Below are positions 1 to 9,830 of a stretch of DNA of 15,608 nucleotides, piece by piece (the first letter of the stretch is position 1; every line of letters starts with the position of its first letter). The notes below the pieces were generated by a model. That model searched no databases. It was not told the origin of the DNA and saw only the letters and a program-made list of their open reading frames with translations. The stretch comes from Archangiaceae bacterium (GTDB taxonomy: Bacteria > Myxococcota > Myxococcia > Myxococcales > Myxococcaceae). Location: assembly GCA_043750125.1 (NCBI GenBank), contig JAYVCD010000150.1, positions 1 through 15,608 on the forward strand. The letters are read 5' to 3'. The position numbers were made by a program, and so were the translations under genes.

Positions 1-1460
1 CGGACTTCGGCGGCGGGGTCTTTCTGCAGGACCCGGCCGAGCACCGACACCGCGCGGGGGTCTCCCAACGAGACCAGCGCCCACGCGGCGGCCAGGCGCA
101 CCTCGACCGAGCCATGCTCTGCCAACTGGATGACTTCGGGGATCTTCGCCGTCAGGTGCTGCTGCGCCACCGCCCCGAGGGCCGCAGCCAGCACCTCGGG
201 CTCCACCTCGCCCAGCGCGTTGCCGACCAGCGCCGCGGCCTCGGGCAGCCGGGGAATCTGACCCAGCGCGTGGAGCGCAGCGGCCCGTTGTCGGGGCGAC
301 TTCGAGGCCAGCGCCCGCTTCACCTCGTCCAGCGCACCGGCGCCCGCGCAGCCGCCCAGCGCCGCGATCGCCGCCGCGCGCACCCCTTCGTCGAGCCTCA
401 GGTCTGCCGCTGCCGCCTTCAAGGTCGCAGCGCAGGACTCCGCCTCGGTGCGCCCGAGCAGCTCGACCCACTTCAGCCGGGCCGCGTTGGTGACCTTCAC
501 CGTCGGGTCGAGCTTCTGCTTCGCGTAGAGCCCGAGCGTCGTCCTTTCCCCCCGCGCCAGGGCCCGCCCGGCCGCGAGTCGAATCGAGACGTCGGGGTCT
601 TCGAGCAGCTTCTCGAGCTCGAGCGCCCCCAGGGGGCCGATGCCTGAGAGAATCGAGATCGCGTCTTTGCGATCGCTTGCCGGTTGGGTCGGTTTGAGCC
701 GGGGCCGCTGGGCATCGAGCTTCGCCGCCCAGACCGCGAGCAGCCGATTCACCAACGCCGCGTCGGACACCTTGGCGGCTTTGAGCACTGCCGCTCCGGC
801 GGCGGCGCCACCGTCGTCCGCGTCCTCGGTCAGCAGCAGCGCCGAGGCCTCGTCGGTCTCGATCGGTCGAGTCGCCATCGCATTGAGCACCGCGCGCGCC
901 GGGGAAATCTCGAAGAACGCCGCGAGGTGGGTGAGCGCCTCGCGGCGAATCAGCGGCTCGGTCGAGTACATCTCGATTTCGAGCGCCTTGCGCAGCTCGT
1001 CTCTCTTGGTCCAGCACAGCGCGGCCGACGACGGGCCCATCGAGCCGGCCTCCTGGAGCATCGCCGCGGGAGTCTGCTTCCGGCTGCCCGCGAGGTGAAT
1101 GGCTGTCAGGCACGGCAGGTTGTCCCGGCCTTCCATCATCCACCGCGACAGCTCGCGCATGTCGCTAAAGCCCCGGGTGGCCATCGCCCGGATCGAGCCC
1201 CACCGCACCTGCCAGTCGTCGTCCTTGAGGATTTCTTCCAGTACGTCCTGACGCACCGCCTCGTCCTTGAGCGCTGCAGCCCACACTCCACGGTCCAGGG
1301 TCCCGTCAGTCAGGCAGCGACCACAGACGGGGGTCGGCTGGTGAAGGCGGGTCAAATAGCCGGTGCAGGACTGCTTGCACTGCGCTGCGAACGCGCGGCT
1401 CTGGGCCCCGGCCGGCGAAGCCAGGAACCAAAGCGCAAACCCGAGGCAGATCCAGCGCAT
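1..1460 (-). CDS. Exported HEAT-repeat protein (3' end runs off the window)
   Basis: Not in the ORF track because it has no stop inside the window. Manual translation from ATG at 1460 is open to position 3: MRWICLGFALWFLASPAGA|QSRAF... (signal peptide-like). HEAT-like units include LKDDDWQVRWGSIRAM, LEDPDVSIRLAAGRAL, VRAAAIAALG, SKSPRQRAAALHALG and GSVEVRLAAAWALVSLGDPRAV. Third codon positions are GC-rich. Confidence 0.88.
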   Translation of the reverse strand, partial: MRWICLGFALWFLASPAGAQSRAFAAQCKQSCTGYLTRLHQPTPVCGRCLTDGTLDRGVWAAALKDEAVRQDVLEEILKDDDWQVRWGSIRAMATRGFSDMRELSRWMMEGRDNLPCLTAIHLAGSRKQTPAAMLQEAGSMGPSSAALCWTKRDELRKALEIEMYSTEPLIRREALTHLAAFFEISPARAVLNAMATRPIETDEASALLLTEDADDGGAAAGAAVLKAAKVSDAALVNRLLAVWAAKLDAQRPRLKPTQPASDRKDAISILSGIGPLGALELEKLLEDPDVSIRLAAGRALARGERTTLGLYAKQKLDPTVKVTNAARLKWVELLGRTEAESCAATLKAAAADLRLDEGVRAAAIAALGGCAGAGALDEVKRALASKSPRQRAAALHALGQIPRLPEAAALVGNALGEVEPEVLAAALGAVAQQHLTAKIPEVIQLAEHGSVEVRLAAAWALVSLGDPRAVSVLGRVLQKDPAAEV

Positions 1461-1472
1461 GGGTAACTTCAG

Positions 1473-1490
1473 ATGGTAGCTTCTTTGAGG
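1473..1490. promoter_or_regulatory. Candidate overlapping divergent -10 elements and RBS in a 38-bp intergenic gap
   Basis: Plus strand TGgTAGCTT (1474-1482) resembles an extended -10, and GAGG (1487-1490) lies 8 nt before ATG 1499. Minus strand TACCAT (1478-1473) lies 12 nt before ATG 1460. Confidence 0.35.
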
Positions 1491-1498
1491 CAAAAGCG

Positions 1499-2470
1499 AT
1501 GCGCACGATCTCTGTCTGTCTCTTGTTGTCCTTCGAAGTGCTTGCCGGCGGCGCCACGTCCCGCAAGGCTTTTTCGAAGCGCTCGCAGGTCAGCGACCTG
1601 ATCAGTGAAGTGATTTCCGGAGGGGCCAACCCCAACTCGATCGTCAACCGGGTCAGCCACCTGGGGGAAGAGGCGTTCGCCTCACACGAATTGGGCAGCC
1701 TGCTGCTCAAAGAGCCAGACCTCGACAAGCGCCGGGTGATGGTCCAGATCGTCGCCGGGCTCGCTCACCCCCAGGGAGAAGCGGGGCTGCTGGCGGTCTT
1801 GAATGACGACGACGGTCCGGTGCGAATGTATTCGGCGCAGGGGCTGGGACGGATGCACAGCAAAGCGGCCGGGCCGAGGCTGGCCCACAGCCTGGCGGAT
1901 CAGACGCTGGGCGTTCGCCGCGATGCGGCCCGCGCGCTGGGACAATTGGCCGATTCGAAATACGGGCCGGCCCTGGCCAACGCGGTGAAGGGCGAGGACG
2001 ACCCCGACACCCGGGCAGTGATGCTGCTGGCCCTGGGGCAGGTGGCAGACAAGAGGCAGCAGCCGGTACTCGAGTCTTTTCTCAGCCACTCGTCAGAGAG
2101 CACGCGCTTTGCCGCCGCCGCTGGGCTGTGCGTGCTGGGCGCACCTTCCGGGACGAAGTTCGCCCGGGCGCTGCTGGCCTCCAAAGATCGCCACCAGCGA
2201 ATGCAGGGGTTGGTGTTGTTCGAAGGATCCCGGGCCAAACAAGCAGCGGCGGTGCTCAAGCCGCTGCTCGAAGATCCAGATCGCGCCATTCAAGCGGTGG
2301 CCGCGCGGATCCTCTACCAGGGAGGCGACAAGGCACAGCTCGACTGGCTGGTGCTCACCAGCTTTCAGTCTTTGGGCGAAGACCGGATGCCGTATGAGAG
2401 AGAGCTCGAAGTGCTGCGGCTGCCCGACGACGAACGACGGGCCATTCTTCGCAAAGCAGGCATCAAGTGA
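1499..2470 (+). CDS. HEAT-repeat protein, probably exported
   Basis: 323 aa with an N-terminal hydrophobic stretch (MRTISVCLLLSFEVLA). Repeated HEAT/PBS-like units: LNDDDGPVRMYSAQGLG, LADQTLGVRRDAARALG, EDDPDTRAVMLLALG, LEDPDRAIQAVAARIL. RBS GAGG upstream. Confidence 0.9.
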   Translation: MRTISVCLLLSFEVLAGGATSRKAFSKRSQVSDLISEVISGGANPNSIVNRVSHLGEEAFASHELGSLLLKEPDLDKRRVMVQIVAGLAHPQGEAGLLAVLNDDDGPVRMYSAQGLGRMHSKAAGPRLAHSLADQTLGVRRDAARALGQLADSKYGPALANAVKGEDDPDTRAVMLLALGQVADKRQQPVLESFLSHSSESTRFAAAAGLCVLGAPSGTKFARALLASKDRHQRMQGLVLFEGSRAKQAAAVLKPLLEDPDRAIQAVAARILYQGGDKAQLDWLVLTSFQSLGEDRMPYERELEVLRLPDDERRAILRKAGIK

Positions 2471-3261
2471 GCCTGCTTCTGTTGACCGTGCTGCTCGCAG
2501 CGGGACCCACGGCCGAGTCGATGGTCCTCTTTGGCCCCCCGCGCCCGCTGGGCGAGCGCCTCGAGGCGGTCAGCGCAAAGTTTCTGGGCGTCGCGTACGT
2601 GGCCTCGCCCCTGGGCGAAGGGAAGGGCAAAGATCCCGATCCGCTGATCCGGTATGACGCGGTCGATTGCCTGACTTTCGTCGAAGAGACGATCGCTTTG
2701 AGCCTCGCTTCCTCGCCCGAGTCCGTGGTGCCGCTGCTGACCCGCATTCGCTATGAGGGCGAGAGCCCCGACTACGAAGCGCGCAACCACGTGATGGAAG
2801 CGCAGTGGCTGCCGAGCAATCTGAAGAAGGGGTTCTTGAAAGACGTGACCCGCGCGGTCGGAGGACCCCAGACCGTGCGGGTGAAGAAGCGGCTCGATGA
2901 CGCGGCCTGGGCTTCAAGAAGTGGCGCCTGGCTCGGCTTGAGCCCCGAAGGCCAGCGTCGGGGCGACTTCGAGTGGGACCTGATTCCGGCCTCGGCTGCC
3001 CAGGAGCGCTTAAAGGCCGCTCCGACCGGCACCGTCGTCGTCGTGGTGCGTGCCGATCGCCCCCGAATGGTGACCCGCATCAGCCACGTCGGCTTTCTGA
3101 TTCACAAGAAGAAGGCCCTGTTTCTGCGCCACGCTTCTCGCAGCTTCGGCAAAGTGGTCGATGAGCCCCTGGCCAACTACCTCGGGCGCAACCTGGCCTA
3201 CGCGAAGTGGACGGTAGAAGGCGTGAGTCTCTACGCGGTTCAGCCCGTGCTCTCGCCCTGA
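2467..3261 (+). CDS. DUF1460-family N-acetylmuramoyl-L-alanine amidase-like protein (NlpC/P60 papain-like), exported
   Basis: GTG start overlaps the upstream TGA (GTGA). Signal peptide MSLLLLTVLLAAGP. Family-type motifs FLGVAY, DCLTFVE (Cys 2668-2670), RNH, SHVGF (His 3085-3087) and RHAS. Confidence 0.88.
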   Translation: MSLLLLTVLLAAGPTAESMVLFGPPRPLGERLEAVSAKFLGVAYVASPLGEGKGKDPDPLIRYDAVDCLTFVEETIALSLASSPESVVPLLTRIRYEGESPDYEARNHVMEAQWLPSNLKKGFLKDVTRAVGGPQTVRVKKRLDDAAWASRSGAWLGLSPEGQRRGDFEWDLIPASAAQERLKAAPTGTVVVVVRADRPRMVTRISHVGFLIHKKKALFLRHASRSFGKVVDEPLANYLGRNLAYAKWTVEGVSLYAVQPVLSP

Positions 3262-3265
3262 CCGA

Positions 3266-3565
3266 TTACTCTTTGGTCGGGGCTGGGTTCGAGAGCACTT
3301 CTTCGTCCGCCGCCTGGGCGTTGAGCGCGCCTTCTTCTTCAATGCTGGCGATCTCCACGTCGAGAATCTTCGCGGCGCGGTGGAGCTCGGTGTTGGGCAC
3401 GAACAACTCGTAAAAGCCTGACTCGGCGGGCTCGAACGAGGCAGACGAGGCGGCTCCTCGCGCCCGGGCGAAGGCGTCGATCTTCTCTTCGCGCAAAACT
3501 TCGACCAGGCGCTCAGCCGTGAGCGGATCATCGGTGGTGCGAACGATCGAAAATCCGTCAGCCAT
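3266..3565 (-). CDS. DUF2007-like small protein (putative signal-transducing protein)
   Basis: 99 aa. The pattern DPLTAERLVEVLREEKIDAF...YELFVPNTELHRAAKIL is typical of DUF2007 proteins. AAAGG lies 6 nt upstream of the ATG. Confidence 0.78.
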   Translation of the reverse strand: MADGFSIVRTTDDPLTAERLVEVLREEKIDAFARARGAASSASFEPAESGFYELFVPNTELHRAAKILDVEIASIEEEGALNAQAADEEVLSNPAPTKE

Positions 3566-3588
3566 AGAGAGCCTTTCGTTCGAGTTTC

Positions 3589-3617
3589 TTGAGGGGAGCC
3601 GCGCGCGCAGTTATAAG
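3589..3617 (+). promoter_or_regulatory. Putative sigma70-type promoter for the MXAN_5187-family gene
   Basis: TTGAGG (3589-3594), 17-bp spacer, TATAAG (3612-3617). The palindromic TTATAA core also reads TATAAC on the minus strand toward the DUF2007 gene. Confidence 0.55.
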
Positions 3618-3626
3618 CGCACTGCC

Positions 3627-5453
3627 TTGAGCCGCCTTAAATTTCTTCTGTTCGCCCTTCTTGCGCTGAGCCTGTGGGTCATTCACCTCTTTTTGCTCTC
3701 GCCCGTCATCGGGGCAGTGGGGGTGGATCAGGCCACCCGTCAGGCGATCAGCGCACCCGCCGCCGTCGCGCTTCGTCTGGAATCCAACCGCTCTGAGCTG
3801 CAGGCCGCAGTCTTGAAGCTGGCTTCCACCCCGGCCATCACCAACCCCGGACCCCGCACCGCAAAACCCGAGCTGCCGTCCGCCGACCGGTACGCGCTGG
3901 TTCGCACTGCGTTGTTTGAAGCCCTGCCCGAAGCGTTTCGCCCGCTGGCGGTCGTCGGGGTGCATACCGAAGGCGGAACGTTGATGGCTCAGGGGACGAG
4001 CGACCCCGCACCGACCCCCGAAGGTTTTGATGCGAAAGCCGTCAGCGCAGCGGGGGGCAGGGGCGAAGTGATGGACGCCTTGGGTGTCCCGCACCTGTTC
4101 TATTCGGTGCCCCTGTTCGCCGTCGACAAGAACGAAGTCAAGGCGGTGGGGGCGGTGTTCGTCGGGCTGCCGCTGGTGATCGACGCGCAGAAGCTCGTCG
4201 AGGGCGTCGCCAAAGAGCTGTCGCTGTCTGCGGTGGGCTTGTCCGTCAACGGAAAGGTCGTCGCCGCGGGGGGCGCGCGCAAGGAGCTCGTCGACGCCGT
4301 CCTCAAGCTCGCCAAACCCGGCCAGAGCATGCGCGCAGAAAAGGGCGCAGCGATGGACCTGGGCCCGATCAAGTTGCCGATGCTCACCGGTGGCGACGTG
4401 TTGGGAGGCGAAGCGACGACCGAGATGGGCGTGCGGCGCGATGTCCCCGGCACTCCGTTCGAGGTGATCGCCGTCGCTTCGGTCCGACCTGCGATGGAAG
4501 CGCTCGCCGGCTACCAGAAGACCGCGCTGTTCATGCTGCTGGGGCTGTTGATCGCCGCGGCCGGTTTCACCCTGTTGATCGGGGGCGCAGCTGCCGAGCA
4601 AACAAGCTACGTCGGGCCGCGCGTGCCTCCTGCGCCGGTGCCGCTGACCGCGAAGTCCGACAACCTGGCTCCGCTGGCCATCGCCGATGCCCCCGCTCCT
4701 GCGGAAGCCAGTCCCGACGACTTCGACTTCCCGGCCAGTTCCCCTTCGTCTCCCGGAGTGTCGAACGGAGATTCGGCCCTTTCCGGCTCGACCCTCGAAT
4801 CGCCGCGGCACGTTCCCCTTCAGGGCCCGTTTGAAGATCCGGCCGAGGACCCGTTCGCCTCGATGGGGCCCGGCGGGCAGCCCGCGGCACACCACGCGCC
4901 CCCACCGGTGATGACGCTGGGCGAAGACGACTACGAGGGCCAACGCACGACCTCGTACCCGGCCCACGGCTACGCGAATCCAATGTCGATGGCCTCGACT
5001 CAGAATAACCCGGCGCTGGACCCCTTCGCGATGGCGGGGGGAATCATGAGCGCCGAGGATCAAGCGCAGGCCGACAACCCCGATGCCACCCGGGTGGCGG
5101 TGATTCCCCAGGAACTGCTGAAGGCGAGCGCGCGCGGGAACAGCAGTGAAAACCCGATGGGCTCGGGCCCGAAGGTGCTGCCGATGCCTCGCGTCGCATC
5201 CGTCGCCCCGCCCTCGGTCGCGGCCGGAGGCGGCTCGGAAGAAGTGCATTTTCAGGAAGTGTTTCGCGATTTCCTCGCCACCCGAGAACGGTGCGGCGAG
5301 CCTGCCGACGGTCTGACGTTCGACAAATTTGTCGCCAAGCTGCGCAAGAACAAGGACCAGCTGGTGACGAAGTACAACTGCAAGACCGTTCGTTTTCAGG
5401 TTTACGTGAAGGAAGGCAAGGCCGCGCTGAAGGCCACTCCGGTCAAGGAGTAG
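3627..5453 (+). CDS. MXAN_5187-family membrane protein (TM, periplasmic domain, TM, Pro/acidic disordered linker, conserved C-terminal domain)
   Basis: Likely start is TTG 3627 (MSRLKFLLFALLALSLW); the ORF-track start at 3519 overlaps the DUF2007 gene. Second TM LFMLLGLLIAAAGFTLLIGG. The C-terminus HFQEVFRDFLATRERCGE..LTFDKFVAKLRKNKDQL..CKTVRFQVYVKEGKAALKATP matches the myxobacterial MXAN_5187 C-terminal domain as I recall it. Confidence 0.82.
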   Translation: MSRLKFLLFALLALSLWVIHLFLLSPVIGAVGVDQATRQAISAPAAVALRLESNRSELQAAVLKLASTPAITNPGPRTAKPELPSADRYALVRTALFEALPEAFRPLAVVGVHTEGGTLMAQGTSDPAPTPEGFDAKAVSAAGGRGEVMDALGVPHLFYSVPLFAVDKNEVKAVGAVFVGLPLVIDAQKLVEGVAKELSLSAVGLSVNGKVVAAGGARKELVDAVLKLAKPGQSMRAEKGAAMDLGPIKLPMLTGGDVLGGEATTEMGVRRDVPGTPFEVIAVASVRPAMEALAGYQKTALFMLLGLLIAAAGFTLLIGGAAAEQTSYVGPRVPPAPVPLTAKSDNLAPLAIADAPAPAEASPDDFDFPASSPSSPGVSNGDSALSGSTLESPRHVPLQGPFEDPAEDPFASMGPGGQPAAHHAPPPVMTLGEDDYEGQRTTSYPAHGYANPMSMASTQNNPALDPFAMAGGIMSAEDQAQADNPDATRVAVIPQELLKASARGNSSENPMGSGPKVLPMPRVASVAPPSVAAGGGSEEVHFQEVFRDFLATRERCGEPADGLTFDKFVAKLRKNKDQLVTKYNCKTVRFQVYVKEGKAALKATPVKE

Positions 5454-5469
5454 CCCCCCGTTTTCAGGT

Positions 5470-5493
5470 GACACCCTCGGGTGTCGTCCTTTT
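5470..5493 (+). terminator. Hairpin, possible intrinsic terminator (or palindromic protein-binding site)
   Basis: GACACC-CTCG-GGTGTC (5470-5485) followed by GTCCTTTT, 16 nt after the stop at 5453. The T-tract is short and not directly adjacent to the stem. Confidence 0.35.
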
Positions 5494-5634
5494 CCAAGTC
5501 AGCTTCGGGCCCTCTTCGCGCCAGCCCTGTCGCAGCGCTGGCAGTCGGGTGCTTTCCCACCTGAAGCGCGCGCGCAACCTTTCGCGTTCGCTGGGTATTT
5601 CGTGCCTTCCCCTCTCGATCGGCTGCCGTAAAAC

Positions 5635-5650
5635 TGGCATGTAGGTTGCT
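5635..5650 (+). promoter_or_regulatory. sigma54 (-24/-12) promoter upstream of the enhancer-binding protein gene
   Basis: TGGCATGTAGGTTGCT: GG at 5636-5637 and GC at 5648-5649, exactly 10 nt apart. Matches TGGCAC-N5-TTGCW with one mismatch; about 90 bp before ATG 5740. Confidence 0.8.
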
Positions 5651-5739
5651 CAACGACGCGAGCAGAAAAGGGTGGGGTCAGCGCTGGGGCCGGTCCGTCG
5701 GGGAAAACGGACACAATGCCGGTGCGAGGAGCAGAACAG

Positions 5740-9507
<3,768 letters not shown>

Positions 9508-9527
9508 GCTCCAGGTCATGAAGAACA

Positions 9528-9543
9528 CGGCACCAAGGTTGCA
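9528..9543 (+). promoter_or_regulatory. sigma54 (-24/-12) promoter upstream of the small lipoprotein gene
   Basis: CGGCACCAAGGTTGCA: GG 9529-9530, 10 nt, GC 9541-9542. GGCAC-N5-TTGCA consensus, located in the 49-bp gap between the EBP stop and the lipoprotein ATG. Confidence 0.72.
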
Positions 9544-9556
9544 AAGGGGTCCCAGC

Positions 9557-9826
9557 ATGAAGTCGATCTTCGTTGGTTTATTGGCAGTCTTCGCTCTCAC
9601 CGGGTGCGGTGTCGGTATGGATGACATCGAAGGGGAGCAAGCGGTGTCAGCGAAGGCGGTCAATGGGCTGGCGGCAGGCGCGAAGGATAACTCGTTGTCT
9701 GCACAGGCCGGATTGCGCGGCCCCGTCAACGGAGACCCCCGGTACGCATTGCCGCAAGACCCGATTCCAGTCTTCGAGAGCAAGGCGTTTGGCCCCGGGG
9801 GCCCGCTTCCGCTTCCGTCGAAGTAG
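9557..9826 (+). CDS. Small lipoprotein of unknown function (89 aa)
   Basis: ATG 9557 follows AAAGGGG. Type II signal peptide MKSIFVGLLAVFALTG|C with lipobox LTGC. The mature part is Gly/Ala/Pro-rich and ends LPQDPIPVFESKAFGPGGPLPLPSK. Confidence 0.8.
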   Translation: MKSIFVGLLAVFALTGCGVGMDDIEGEQAVSAKAVNGLAAGAKDNSLSAQAGLRGPVNGDPRYALPQDPIPVFESKAFGPGGPLPLPSK

Positions 9827-9830
9827 AAAT

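Noticed and set aside
1311-1325. CGRC in the HEAT protein as a c-type heme site
   Set aside because: It is followed by Leu, not His, so it is not CxxCH.
114-1466. Plus-strand ORFs 114-647, 640-1098 and 684-1466
   Set aside because: They are antisense to the minus-strand HEAT gene, which has a signal peptide, repeats and normal codon bias.
3519-3626. ORF-track start of the MXAN_5187-family gene at 3519
   Set aside because: It overlaps the divergent DUF2007 gene and spans the predicted promoter. TTG 3627 sits directly before the first TM segment.
3558-5474. 638-aa minus-strand ORF
   Set aside because: Antisense shadow of the MXAN_5187-family gene. It is Arg/Gly/His-rich with no motifs, as expected in GC-rich DNA.
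5574-5606. Possible minus-strand sigma54 promoter (AGGTTGC at 5580-5574; GGCACG at 5606-5601)
   Set aside because: The half-sites are not at GG-N10-GC spacing and no gene lies downstream on that strand.
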